NCBI GenBank assembly: GCA_000320545.1
Contig: ADNK01000532.1
Span: 1 to 64,000 of the forward strand
DNA from: Bigelowiella natans CCMP2755
Lineage: Eukaryota > Protista > Cercozoa
DNA: 64,000 nt
Direction: 5' to 3'
Shown: positions 1 to 16,105 of the stretch, one piece after another
Numbering within the stretch: the stretch's first letter is position 1
How the letters are laid out: every line of letters starts with the position of its first letter
Notes under the pieces: generated by a model
The model's input: only the letters and a program-made list of their open reading frames with translations
Told to the model about the DNA's origin: nothing
The model's database searches: none
Program-made: the position numbers and the translations under genes

Positions 1-121
1 AGAATAACTAATAGGAAAATCCGGCGAAAAACGGCGGGCAACTCCCCCCCCCCGCCGCCGTCCCTTGGGGGGGGGGACCCGAAAGGGAGTTCCCCCAGGA
101 AAAAAAAAAAAAATAAATAAT

Positions 122-2431
<2,310 letters not shown>

Positions 2432-3022
2432 GGAGGCTTGGGGAAGGGCCAATAGAAGGGGCAGGGGAGGGGGAGGGGGTCGTCGAGAACACTGTGCTCA
2501 TGATTTCTCGTCAAACAACACAAGGACAGAGAGGGTGCTTGCTGAGTGCGTAGTTAAATCGTAGCAGCAACAGCACAAGGGAAGGGAGTCATGGCGCCGC
2601 GGTCTTTGAATGAAAATAGATTGCTGCTAATTTTTGCAGAGGGGGAATAGCCCCTCGCTCGTGTCATCAGAAAAGAAGAAGAATCGAGGACAGAAGCGAC
2701 GATAGTTTGCTCTCTTTCATCAGCAAATTGCTTCTATCGCATCTGCCATTGCCCCTTATTATTATCCCCTTTCGCTCTCCCCCTCTCCTCCCCCCTCCCC
2801 GCCCCTTCCTGTCGCCAACCAAAAAAAAAGGTATGGGGCACTGAAGAAGGTCTATGCTCACTTCAAAACGGAGGATATGGATAAGATGTACGCCCCAAAG
2901 CTGGGGAAAGAGGGGGGGGGGGGGGGAGGGTGAGGCAAACGCCAACGCACACACGCACACGCACACGCACACGCACACGCACACGCACACGCACACGCAC
3001 ACGCACACGCACACAACCACAC

Positions 3023-3375
3023 ATGGACTCATTTACAAATGCTGTTACGAATAACAACAGGCAACGCAAGGTAGCAAAGGTGCTGAGAAAGCTGGAGGGC
3101 GCCATTCGCAATCACAAGAAGCGGCGGCTGAGCACCATGTCCCTAGAGATAGGCGTCAGACAGAAGAATGATGGCCAGCTGTTAAAGAAGGTCATCGTCG
3201 TTAAGAGGAGGAGGAGGACGACGATGACAATGTTGCATCCACCCCCCTCCTCGTCTGCCCCGATCTTATCGTCATCCTCATCCTCATCAAAAGAGGGAAG
3301 GGGCAAGCTTCCTGCTCCTCATCCACAGGATCCCGTGCAGCTGATGATTGCCTCTGCTCAGAAACCTGCTCATGT

Positions 3376-3415
<40 letters not shown>

Positions 3416-3562
3416 CAACAACAAATTGGTTGTGCTAACCTCCCAGCCGCCCCTATGGAAATAAGCGAAATAAAGCGATTCGGAGGAGCACGTCACGTGC
3501 TAAATGAGAGTGAGAGGAAGGAGAAGAAAGATGAAGGGGACACGACTGCGAAATACTACTAG
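3023..3562 (+). CDS. Hypothetical basic, low-complexity (polyQ/polyS) protein
   Basis: ATG after a (GCACAC)n tract opens a 179-aa ORF. No recognisable domain. Confidence 0.4.
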
Positions 3563-4049
3563 TGATAGTAAATAGTGGTCGCTGCGGTCTTGAACCGCGA
3601 TTTCATTTTCAGCCGATATATTTAATATATGCACAGCTCCCGCTACTATTGCCTGCTTGCTATTGAAACAATAATGAGAGAGGAAGCTTTAAGTAGCAGC
3701 CTCATCTATCAGTAATACAGGAGGTCGTAGTGGTACAACGGCAGAAGGAGGAGGGGGAGGAACAAGATAATGCTGCAGGATGGAGAGGGAGTCAAAACAG
3801 GAAGGTAAGGCCATAGATGAGACGGGTCGCTGCTTTCATTAAATTAGCTTATCATCCAGAAACAATATATGAAAAATGTAACAAATAGAATTATCGCACG
3901 AATAAGTGTGAATGATCGTGTGTGTGTGTGTGTGTGTGTGTACAAAAGTTTTTTCATTATCAATAGACAAGCATTGTGCTGGTCAAATCCACCCTTTCAG
4001 CTTATTCTGATTTGAGTCCGAAGCTATCTGTTTATATACAACGCCAGGG

Positions 4050-4620
4050 CGTTTAATTGCTCGGCTCTGAGCTACGATATATGCTATCTTGCTATGTAGC
4101 TATGCTAGTATGGTGTTTATACCAGTTTACATGTATACACTGGATAGCCACGTATGCGCGCAAGAGCGCGAATGTTTCATCAGCGCTAGCATGCATAGAT
4201 ATCTATCTAGCTATGCTGCTAGTACTAGAGTATGCTGATGTGCGTGTGTGGATCATACTACTATGTGTTCCTGCCCGGATCCCTCTCTAGCATAGCTCTG
4301 CGCTAGTCACAGCATGATGATGACAATGATTGATATACTAGCTAGTACCCCTTGCTAGCTTGCTGGCTAGCTAGCCCCTCTACTTGAAGCGATCTCAAGC
4401 GTGCTCTAGCTAGCTAGCTAGCTAGCCAGTGCTTGTATAGCTGTCACTACATCTAGAGCTAGCTAGCTAGAGAGCTAGATGTTGTTAATGGATTCATTTA
4501 GACCAACGCCTAGCTTGCTAGCTTGCTAGGATAGCGCGGCGTTTTATTTACATGTACTGCTAGATGTCTAGATGTGTCTAGATGGATTAAAAAGTGCAGC
4601 TCCAGAGCTGCATGGTGTAG
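4050..4620. repeat. CTAG/(AGCT)n-rich intergenic island, probably repeat-derived
   Basis: Dense ctagctagctag and gctagc motifs between convergent gene ends. Similar composition at ~11580-11870 and ~34050-34520. Confidence 0.6.
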
Positions 4621-4765
4621 CCATCAAATAACAATATTGCAGATATCACAAACACAACACGACACACATCGCATGCACGAAATTACTCTTCCTTCACTGG
4701 TGATGATTTCATAAACATATCGATATCTGGGTTGCTGTCCGTCGTTTGCATCATTCATGCATTAA

Positions 4766-6437
4766 TTATTTTGAAAGGAATTCCCAGTTCGAGACCATCA
4801 GCTTCTGGATGCAGAGCAGTGCTTGCTTGGCAATCTGGGTACAACACAACAACAACAACAATGACGAAATGTACGTTCTGTAGATACACCAGGCAGCTGC
4901 AAGGACTTTCTCCTCCTCCTCCTCCTCCTCCTCCTCCTCCTCCCACCCCCCCCCTCTTCTACATTACATAGAGCGCTCCCAGGAATTACCTGCTCATTTC
5001 TGTGCCCCATCAAGCTCATTATCTTCGACTTCGCTCCCATCTTGGTGACCAGGCTGGAGAAAGAGAACAACATCATGAAAAAAGAAATCCATCCCCAATC
5101 AACGCTTGCTGCCTGCCACATTTTCTCTCGATATACTAAGCAAAACGACGTTTACGACGGCGACGACGACGAATGGAGGTTACTACACACTTTCTTCCGT
5201 CGGGATGGAACCGTGCAAACTCGCCCAGGTCGTAGCATGCCATCTCTAATGTCTCCGCCTCTTTGCTATCTAGCAGCTCGACGAGCTTCCTGCAGTTGGG
5301 GGGGTGGGTGGGGGATGAGGAGGAGGGAAAAGAGGGAAAGGGGAAAAGGGTTAGTGCTGGGGGGACTCTTCTACGTCACCCGATAGTTTTTATCATCATC
5401 AAGATCCATTGATCTCATTTAATAATATCTTTTTCCAGTTTCTTCTTCTTCCTCCTCAATGACCACCAACAAACAGCAGCAGCCACCACCACAATAGACG
5501 TATTATCGCCGCACACTTCATTTAACAATCCCCCTCCCACCACCACCACCACGACGACGACGACGACCTGATATGTCTGTAGCTCTCCTTTTCAAACATG
5601 GCGTTGTTCTTTCGCCAGAATGTTTCACTGTGGACCGCCGATTTCTGGAGCACGCCGCTTAGTACTTCCGTCGTGTACTTCTCGAAAGTGCTTTGTCATC
5701 AACACCATCAGAATAATTCATAAAGGGGGGAAAAGATGGTGGTGATGATGATGATGATGGGGTGATGATCTTATTCAAAGCCCTGTTATTTCCCGGCAAA
5801 ATTCTATGATGTTGATTCGGTACTCTCATCATGTTTTAGGCGTAATTATTTTTTTAAGAACATCTCTTGGCCAATGGTGTGAAACAGAGCTTCACCCTTC
5901 CTCCCTCTTCCCCCTTTCCCTCCCCCTTCCCTTATAGTGTGAGGAGAACACGGTCGGCTCATCACCTCAATTGCCCAAGGAACTTTTTCAACGAATCTTG
6001 CACCTGATTGACCATGATTTAGCATTTAGCATCGTCACATAATAATCAGTAAGTGAGCTGCTGCTCTTAGGCAGGCTGGGAGGGGGGGAGGGGGGGAGGG
6101 GGGGGGGAGCCGTGAATTATCTTCGGAGCTAAAAGAGGAAGGATCTTTATGTGCTGGCAAGGGAGACGATAGAGGCGTTCGAAAGGATCATCTTCGTCGT
6201 CATCGTCATCATCACTGCCGCCCAGCACCGCGGCCACCATCTGCTTTTTTACCTTTTTGTGTCCTCTTTCAATTCTTTATCTTCTGTTTGATTTAAGCTG
6301 AGTAGCAGCAGCAGCAACAACATGATCAGCACAGTCTGCAACATATATTTATACATATACATATACATATACATATATAAATGTATGTGTGAAAACATTA
6401 CCGCCAGTTAAAATACGGAAATAAAACCCCATCATAT

Positions 6438-6468
<31 letters not shown>

Positions 6469-6489
6469 AGCAACATCAACACCACCACC

Positions 6490-6523
<34 letters not shown>

Positions 6524-9167
6524 AAACATACGTCTTGATGATGTCTAGGAGGCCCAGCCCAACCATTCGTCCCTTGAGCTCCTCACTCATGAGCATGTTG
6601 CGAAACGACGCAAAGCAGATCCGAATCACCTTTTCTCGCTGCACCTGATAATTGGTAGGAAGAGTGAGGAGGAGGAGGAGGAGGAGGAATGGGGGGGAGA
6701 GGAAAAGAGAGAAGGATCGAAGCGCATCGAGTGCATAGACTGATCTCTCTAAGCTTTTCGCCAGCAAATCATAGGAAATTTACTCAGTAGTAATATACAT
6801 AAATACGGCTATAAATACATATATATAAATCTCCTCGCACATCATGGAGCTCGCTCCTTCCTTCCTCACTACCTGGCGGACAACAGTAACTAGATTCTTG
6901 ACCAGCCCTGAAGTTTTCTCCTCCGCGTCGCTCAAATCGATTTGCCTCAGCATCTTCACCTGGAAGGAAGGAGGGGGGGGCAGGATGATGGGGCAGGATG
7001 ATGTCTCTCTCCTCTATGTTTGGAGGCGTGAGTGGATGGTGGTTTTACTCTCCAAATCCTACTACAACAACAACTACTACTACTTCGATCACTTACATTG
7101 AATGAGAGGATCCACACGCAAAATCCCACGAGATACATAACCTGGAGAAGGAAGCACAAACGCACGCACAACATCATCATCATCGTATATCTCCGAGCAG
7201 TAGTCTTTGTTGATCTATATAGTATACTCTGGTTTTTGCTGCTAGCAATGGTGGAGAGTCGGCTGCTGCTGCTGCTCCTGCTGCCTGCACGCACTACTAC
7301 TACTACTACTAGTAGTGATTATATCACCTGTTCTTGTGTTTCTCCCGGTTGAAGTAGCGATGCCAGCCTGCAAACATTATACGTGTGCATGTCGGCATCA
7401 TTGCCAAACTTCCCTCCCAGCCCCTTCCCCACCCCCCCCTTTTCCCTCTCTATGCTGCGGCTGCTTTTCTGTCGAATCGGTTGGTGATGCTGTTGGTTGT
7501 GGATTCAGTACATTTTGACTCCAGAATCCCGGATGAATGGCTCATGGGCGCGTTCCTGCTTAAGAGTGTCCTTCAGGGCCTGTGAGAAAGAAAAAGAAGA
7601 AGAAGAAGAAGAAGATCTCAACGTCAATATCGAGCCAGGAAGGAGGAGGAAGAGGAAGAAGGGAGCAGGGGATGAATATGGGGGATCCTTCTAGATTTGA
7701 TGACCTTGAGGGGTATTAGCGAGTTCTTTCCCCGTGATAACTCAGTGAGCTTCATGATGAAATCGTTTAAAGGCTGATCGATGGTTTGTTGTAGCCTGCG
7801 GTGGGGGGCGGTGTATGGATACCATACGCGAAGGAGAAAGCAATACAGATTTTTCAGAGGATAACGATGACAACGACGACGATGACGGTGTCGATGGTGC
7901 AGTGGGGTGAAATAGTTTGAGGATATTACTTGAGTGTGCCCTGTTTCGTCTCCTGCATGCTTTGCAAGTACCACTTCTCCAAGGCGCTGAAAGAGGACGG
8001 ATGGACGCATCGCACGCCGCACACACAATGAGCATAACACGGATGATTAGTTCAGTTGCCGGTCCGTACGATCAGCTAAGGAGTACTTACGGGAAGAGTT
8101 TGGAGAGGATTCGACATACGAACATAGCCATCATCTCGTTCTCCCGCTGTGCGGTGGAGGGGGGAACGCGAAAGATCCTGAACCACGAGTAGCAAGCAGC
8201 ATTTCAGTTATCATTATTCTCACGCGAAGGTTGTGTCTCGTCTTACTTGAGGAAAGGCCCGTAAGGATCCTTGCATGTGTTGAAGATTTTCGCGCACCCG
8301 ATATCCTCTAGAATATTCATGATAGCACACAAGTTAGGAGGGGGCACCGATGGTCTCTCTGAGCTAGTACAGATCTATTTGTTGCTACACTCATTACTAC
8401 CGGAGAGGATCTTATCCACACGGGCAAGAAAGTATTTCTTCACCGCCAGATTGCTAACCTATTACGTTAATAGCAAAATGAGAGTACAAACATTGACATT
8501 GCCAGTTGTCACCCCCACGTCGAAATTCTGTGCGATAACTGCTAATGTTGTTTCGCCAACCATTATTCGCTACTACTACTACTATTACTACTACAACTAC
8601 TTATTCTACTACTACCACTACCTTTCCTATGAGTTTGAGGTACATCTCGCATATCATCTCTCCATTTTCCTGCGATGGATGGTAATAAAAGAGTCTTTCA
8701 GATGAAACATATCCTCAGTGATGTTGAGAGAAATGGAAAAACTGCCGGTTTATTAAATGGATTGACCTCAAGCAAAGCCTTTCTATCCGCCAGGGACACG
8801 TCAGGATCCTCAAAATCGGAGAGGAGGCCAATGTCCTGTTGGAAAGCATGTTACTTGGTGCATCTTTGAACGCTGCTGGCATGATGATGCGGGAAAGAAA
8901 CCTGGTTTGTAAGTCCAATTGTGAACCCATTTGCCTCAAGGTCGTTCCAGTTTCGGGGTTTCTGGTTGAGAATTCTGTCGCGCTCTTCAATAAGTTGGAA
9001 CTCGTAGATGACATCTTTTGAAAGGTTGTCGGCTGATACAGAACGTATTCGAAGAAACAATTTCGGGAGGATATCATTGCGAGAATTCATTTGAGCGAAG
9101 TCTAATCAACAAGTCATTATGAGCATCATAACTTACCCTTAGCCTCGCGGATAAGTGAATCCTTCAT
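4766..9167 (-). CDS. ATP6V1H: V-type proton ATPase V1 subunit H (multi-exon)
   Basis: Exon peptides EERDRILNQKPRNWNDL, ENGEMICEMYLKLIGK, YLVGFCVWILSFN, REKVIRICFASFRNML, TFEKYTTEVLSGVLQKSAVHSETFWRKN, ACYDLGEFARFHPDGRK, GAKSKIMSLMGH and IAKQALLCIQKLMVSNWEFL* are colinear with the VMA13/ATP6V1H signature. Start codon approximate. Confidence 0.92.
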
Positions 9168-10167
9168 TCGCCTGGGAGATAAATGTAAAAAGCAGGTGAG
9201 CAAATGCGTCGTAAACAGACACAAAAGAGAAGCATCTTGTTGCGAGTCCACCGCAAAGTGCACGACAACCGAATGGACTGTTCTCCCCCCCCACATGGGC
9301 CACTGGGTCATTTTAAACACGCATCATTGGAATATCATTGCGCGGTACCCCCGCCCCCATTTCGCATGCATATCCCCATGTCAACCGACCCCCGAGAGGT
9401 GAACGAACGTGCAATGCGCATACCGATTCCCTTGCTCTACGTATTCGTTTGTCCTTTGGAGTCTACAAGAGGAAGGCAGTGGGTAAGGGCTTGTGAGTGC
9501 CACTCCGTCCTTGAAAGTAGCTTTACAAATGATGCAGCCCTTGCCAACACCGTGCTGGCCGAGGGCAGGTAAGAATATACCTATATTTTGTCTAAACGTC
9601 AACCTAAATACCATATCGTTTGTACGAATACCCCCTACTGCGACCGATTCAGTCGCCTGATCTCCTCCCTGAAATTCCCCTGCGACTCTCACGAGAAAAA
9701 ATATGAGCGCCTCCCACTTCCGATAATTTAGGCAGGGAATAGGATCTAATTATTCATAACGACTACCTCGAATTTTGTCTTATGTATTAATTTATAGGGT
9801 ATTTCTATGAAAGTTATCGTTTATACGTGCGATTTCTAATCTTAAATATAGAAAAGTCTCGTTCAAAGAGATTTTGACCAAAATTCCAGACTGATACGAA
9901 GAAATCTGGGGAATTTCCGTTCCTGGCATGTAGTTTCGACTCGAATGCATAGTATTTAGAGCTGATACGGGATGAATTCCCTTTCCGCTGATGAAGGGGG
10001 ATTATCCTTGTCGTACCATATAAATGTCCCTAATCACCCTACTTCCTGTATTCCTTCTCGAATGGGAATGGCTGCTCGGTCGTCTTCTTTCCTAAGATAG
10101 AAGAAAACACAGATTCCGTTAACACCCAAACGCATATCAAGAGCTACCGGCCCTTCTCAATATTCGA

Positions 10168-11350
10168 ATGTCAGGCTCTAGGAATCCCATGGATACATTT
10201 TTCGCCGGTGGTAATCAGGTCTCCGGTGGTGAGGGCTTCTTTTCCGGATCCGTCATCACAGAAGACTTTAAACCTAACGATAGTAGTAATGACTCGAAGG
10301 GATTTGGTGCACATTTATTTGCTCCAAATTCTGCATCAACAAGTAACTCTATGTCGCAAGTTCCTCCGAGAACTGGTGCAAGGGGGCCAGCTGCAGTTTT
10401 AGTTCCTGCTAGCGGGGGGGCTTCGACTGCATCATCATCGAGTTCAGAGTAATTCAAACTCTGAGATCCTTTTCAGGATAGATTGCCTCAATGTGATTCT
10501 GTTTTAATCAGGAAACATTCCCCAAATACTCTGAAGGCTCTTCGAAAACAACGCAAGAATGACCGAGAGAAGCAAAGGGTTTGTTGTTCGTTGCCTATTC
10601 ACCACCGTTCCATGTTTTGTGTTTAAAAGTGCAGATACGTGACAACTCCATGCCCAGGGTAAATCTAAGTAAAATAATTGTTATGGACAGAGATTAGAAA
10701 TAAATGCGAAAATTGAGCAACTAGCCCAAAGACTTGGGATGACCTGCGAAAAGGCGCGATCTGAGAAGTACAACATTTTGGCGGAGGCCCATTCTGTAAT
10801 AAATGCTCTCCGTGTGAGGAATCAAGAGCTACGCAGCGAGAAGGTGGAAAAAATTAAGTATAGTCAAGATGAGAAATTTCCTTAATGTCCATTGTTTGTC
10901 TATTTCTCTAATCTTCAGTCTGAGCTCCGCACGGAACTGATGAATCTCACGCGGGCTCTTCAAATCGCTTTCCCTCCCCAGCCTCCTCCAACCGTAGATT
11001 CCCGGCAACCTCCCTGTACCCCTCAGACGCAAACCAACGCAAATCCTGTATTTACATCTGCCCTCAATGGTAGTTCATCGTCATTGACGCCCAACAAGCT
11101 ACTGAACCAAGCGCCCCAGCGAGTGCGAGGTGACAACATCAGACCACAGAATTCACTCGCCTGTAGTGCCAGCGACTTCAGCTCCGCTAATGATAGTAGC
11201 TCCATGATGCCGATGGCATCTATGAATGGCGAAGAAACGTATGATAGCAAGCTGAACGACGATAGCTGGGCTTTCTTAAATGAAATCAGCAGCCCTGGAG
11301 CTGGCGGCGACGTTTCGAAAGATCTAGAATTTCCATTTGATCTTAAGTAG
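10168..11350 (+). CDS. Basic helix-loop-helix transcription factor (spliced)
   Basis: RKQRKNDREKQR|RLEINAKIEQLAQRLG...EKYNILAEAHSVINALR gives the basic region (E-x-x-R-R), helix 1 and helix 2 (K..IL..A..I..L), followed by a zipper-like and P/S-rich tail. Confidence 0.88.
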
Positions 11351-12105
11351 GAAAATGTTCACAAACGATACAACCATCTAATATCATGTACATCATTACA
11401 GTAAAGGCATTACGAATCAAATACCGCATCGTTTGCGATGATCGCTCCGTGTAAACTGCGCTTGCTAGCTTGTACGCGCAACTCCATAGAACAACTACAG
11501 CCATCTTTGCTATAGAAACCTTCATGAGCCATTCATTATATTTACATCTTGCAAGTTCTCATCGTTGTAGCGTACACACACAGAAATACACAGTGTTGAT
11601 CAAATCATGGCACGGTCATGCGACTGCATATTTTTAGATTTACGCTGTCCTGCTTGTACATGCTATACGTGCAAGATCGGCATCTCTAGATCTGCGTGCA
11701 TCGCATTGCACACACAAAGAACCATCTAGCTAGATCATTGTGGATCGAACATTCACATACATGCATTCGCACCATGCAATTGCCGCATGCCTTTTTGTCA
11801 TCACTTAGACTAGCTTATGGCATTCGTGCCAGCAAGCTAGCAAGCAGCACACACATAGCTAGATAGCCTTCTAAAATACGAACTTTTATCATTTCTATGA
11901 TGTTGTTTTATGGGTAAAGTTTCATTCAGCTACTCATATCGAAAATACGAATGTGTCTAACCGATTGCATGCATTCTTCTACTTGTCATCAAGGTCTAGG
12001 CATGGTGCGGCGAGGAGCCAGCAGCCGAGGCATTACAACGAAGATTGAGTGACAGAAATCTATCATTAGATTCTAAGTCATTCGTAAAGGAACATTCCAG
12101 AATCT

Positions 12106-13448
12106 TCATGAAGCATTATCCTCATCACGTGGCGGACCAGCAGACGCCTCGCCATCGTCACTCTTCATAGTCTTGCTAGAATTCTTGCCGGTCTTAATAA
12201 TCTTCTTGTTGTTATTGGGCGGGGGCACAGATGAGCGGACTATGACGTTTCTGAGTCGTCTGGATGGATTAATCTGCGTAGTACTAGATTCCCGTCGTGT
12301 ACCCTGCTCCTCAGCCGCCTGAATGATGTCACGAACAATCCCGCACTCGTTTGCGAACGTCAGCGCGCAGAAGACCTGAGAAAAAGAAGACGAGAGCAGT
12401 CTTGCTATGTCAGCAGGATTCAGGGGCATCTTTCTAGCATCATGATCCCAACCACCGCCACTATCAGCGCAACGTGTCTAAACAGGAAACAAGAGGGGTG
12501 TATTTAGAGGAAGTAGAGAGCACGACGTATGACCATTCTACATCCTCTTACTACGTGCAAAGGTAGGGAACACATTGCTTTGGTTGTGCTGCTGCTCCTG
12601 CTGATCCAGGCGACAACAGCCTCCGCCAACTCGCAGCATCAGAACCAAACGGACAATACAGTACAACCATGCATTCATGTTGTGCATGCAGCAGTTTTTC
12701 CGCCTATTACTACCTACTACTACTTCTACTACAACTACTAAGACTTTATATTACGCTGGCAGCTACGCTCATATAGAACCCAAGTCCTCGTGCTGTGGAG
12801 AAACTATCTTGGAGAACCATGTCGCATGATGCTAGCCATGTAATCCATCTATGGCAACGTCATAGCAACGAGAAGAGGAGGGGGGGGGGGAGGGGAAGGG
12901 GAGGGACAGAGGAAGGAATAAAACACGAGAAAGGGGTACTATGGACGCTAAAGTAAGGCAATCAAGCCTCCTCCTCACCGTGGTCAAAATACGTACAATA
13001 GGAAGAAGATTCAAGTTTGGCGGACCACAAATATATGCACTACCAATGCACTATTATGAATAATTATCCGATGCTTTGGAGGCGCTGAAAACACCGAATT
13101 TTCTACGGCAAGGTAATCGTTGTCGGTTTCGCCATCAACTCCCTCCCCCCGCCCTCTCCGCCCACATTATGGTTGGAAAGATGTCTAGTATGGATGATTC
13201 CAAAGCTATTTTGAACCAGCTCTCTTCTCGTCTAGTGCCTGTACTACCCTGCTGCGCTGAAGGTCGCCGCGGCGATGGTGGAGGCAATGATTCTCTTCAT
13301 GTACGAATGCCGCACGAAGTTAGCATCTTGGCGCCCTAAGGTGCAAACAACGGTGCGACGGGCAAGGAATATGCCGATATGATGATGATGATGATGATAA
13401 TGATGATGATGATATCATGGCTATCATCAGCAAAACCCGCCACTACCA

Positions 13449-13484
<36 letters not shown>

Positions 13485-14098
13485 CCTCGAGCAAGTGGTT
13501 CCTTCTCCTCCAAAGGCAGAGCAGGCTCATCGTCGCCACAGCCACCTGCAGCCCCGTGATGATAACTGGTGTGGTGACCCAAGCAAACAAGTGCGATGGA
13601 TCGGGGAACAGGGAAGAAATGGAGGAGGAGGAGGAGGAGGAGGAGGGGGAGGAGGAAGGAATGCGATGATGATGATGCTGAAGCTGATGAAGATGATGAT
13701 GATGATGATAATGACGACAACTTTGGTTTCTGTCAAAGAACCATGGCTTCTTCTTCGTGTTTCCAGCAGTTCCATCATCGCTTTATCTATTTCCTCTAGC
13801 CCCTCCTCCAACCCCGACGACTTATCATCATTCGTCACCTATGGCTTCGCCAGCCTGATTGCACGTAGTGCAAATGGATTCCGTGAGCGTGTTTTGGCAC
13901 TTTTCCGACGAGTACGCGACCGTGTCGCGTGTGGGAAAGGGGCACAGGCCGTCGTGACGAATGTCAGGGTTCTGCATAGAGTACATCAACAAAGGCGATG
14001 CAGACGATAGTAGTATTGCGGTCTGTTTCTAATGCAACATCATCATCAATGTTTTTTGCAGGGGTCTGCATCATTTCGGAAGGAGTGCCTCTAGCGAT

Positions 14099-14136
<38 letters not shown>

Positions 14137-14230
14137 CGACTTGCACACACGTATATGTATTATTGCATTCTATCATCGACGCGCCTCTACCAGCTACCCC
14201 TACTACTACTTCTACCACTACTCCTACTTG

Positions 14231-14266
<36 letters not shown>

Positions 14267-15902
14267 CCGGAAAGCCAGAAGTCCGAACTTCTGGATGAAG
14301 CTTCTCGAGCACTCCGTCTAGTAGGTAGGTTGATCAGATGATAATCAAGAAGAGGGAGAAGAAGATGATCATGATGACGATGATGTGCTGATGTCAACTA
14401 TCAAAAGCCGAAGGCGAGAGCTGAGATAACGTTCAGATGTGACACGAAATCTTTGGGAGTGTTTGCCACCTGCTTTACTTCAGTCCAGCTTATTTCTCCG
14501 TATACTCCTGTCCGACGATAAGGAGGGGGGTCGCGGGGGGGGGTAAGCAACACCGACGACAACAACAAGATAGAAAAATCATAAGAAGGGGGAGCGAAGG
14601 GCTGGAGGACGATGTCGCTGCTGCTGCTGCTGCTGCTGTAGCTACCTATAAGTGAGCACGCACTAATGAGGATTCCGCACAAAGTGAGCAGTATACTCGT
14701 CCATTGTCGAATACCGTATCCAACCTTGTTCGCAGAGCAGCACCAGCAGCAGAAGCAACAGGCACGGCGGCGACGGCGCCGTTTGTGCCCCCCTGCCATC
14801 ATCCCTCCTCTACTTCTGGCTCCCCCCTCCCCTAAACTCATGATGCAGCTGGAGCTGAATTTCTTCTTGGACTCATCAAGGTGCTGCTGGTCTTCCCCTA
14901 CCCCCTCCTCAATCATATCGAACTGCTGTAAGGACATCAGCCCGAGACGCAGCGCGGATCTGTTCCACGCGTCAGAGTCCGTTTTACACGTGCAGCTGGT
15001 GGGGGGGGGGGGAGGAGGAGATACTTGGGTCAATAGCGCATTTGTGGGAAGGCGGGGGAGAAGGAAAAAGAGGAAAGACAAGAAGAAAAAGGAGGAGGAA
15101 GAGCATGACGACGACGACGACGACACAAGCGCATACGTTCCCGTATCCTTCATGTCGCTTCTGTATCCGAAGTCCAAGTCATGGTCCTGGGACTGCTGCT
15201 GCGGTAACGATGGCCATTGGGGGAGGCGGGGCAGCCGCCTCTTGCTCTCGTCAGTCTGATAGGATGATGGTGTGAAAGGAGGATAAGGAGGAAGAGGAGG
15301 CGGCGATATGTAGAGAGAGAGGGAGAGGGGGGGTTGTTCACACCAAACTAATCCCACTATGCCATCATCACTGCCACAAATCAGTTGTCTGCTGCTGTGC
15401 CGATAACCGCAGGCAGCAGCAGTAACACTAGAATTCCTACATTCCTAGGTGAGAACCATTTCTAAAAAATCCCCCTTAAGTACAACCTTTCCCTTTTACC
15501 CCCCCCCCCCCCCACGAACAACACCTCATAGTCCCCCTGCCGCGAGGCTTTCGAATCGCTCATCAAGGCGGCATCCATCGCGCGAACTCGAGTTTTTGAA
15601 ACATTATTATCATCATTGTTCCCTTCTACTGCTGCTGCTGTTATTCTCCTAAGAGATGGTTGCGGTCCCTCAGCACCACCACCACCACCACCACTGCGAT
15701 GCCCATTTGAGGCAATGCTACGAGCCGTGTGATCATGATGCTGATGCTGCTGCTGCTGATGATGATGATGATGGTAGCGGCATTCATCGTCCTCATCGGC
15801 AGTTGATAATACCTGAGGAGCCAGTAGTTTTTCGTCGCTGCGAATGCAAGAAACCGTAGTTGTTGTCGTCGTTGCCAAAGATATGGTAGTCTGTGAATTC
15901 AT
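12106..15902 (-). CDS. Hypothetical multi-pass membrane protein, multi-exon
   Basis: Coding-like exons with hydrophobic segments (WTSILLTLCGILISACSLIG; HLNVISALAFGF; RIIASTIAAATFSAAG; HVALIVAVVGIMML) separated by microsatellite introns. Family not recognised and exon chain not fully resolved. Confidence 0.55.
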
Positions 15903-16105
15903 ACTAGGAGCAACAACTGATGATGAAGGGTTCTGCTGCTGCAGCTGCTGCTGCCTCCGCCGCTGCTTCTGCTGCTTGTTCTCCCCCTCCCGCTGCTGAG
16001 TGGTGGAGTGGGGAAAATGACCAGAATAATCGTAACAGAGGTGCTGCTTCTGCTGTTTATTGTATGGAAGAACTCCCCCTCCCCCTCTTTTATGTCTTAT
16101 CTCAT

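Noticed and set aside
1-121. Homopolymer-rich start of the window as a regulatory or telomeric feature
   Set aside because: Runs of C, G and A look like a degraded sequencing-read end, and there is no telomeric repeat.
8836-8854. Possible 19-nt nucleomorph-style intron (gtaacatgctttccaacag) in ATP6V1H
   Set aside because: The conserved reading frame is better explained by a longer intron starting at gtttct after ..GLTNQ.
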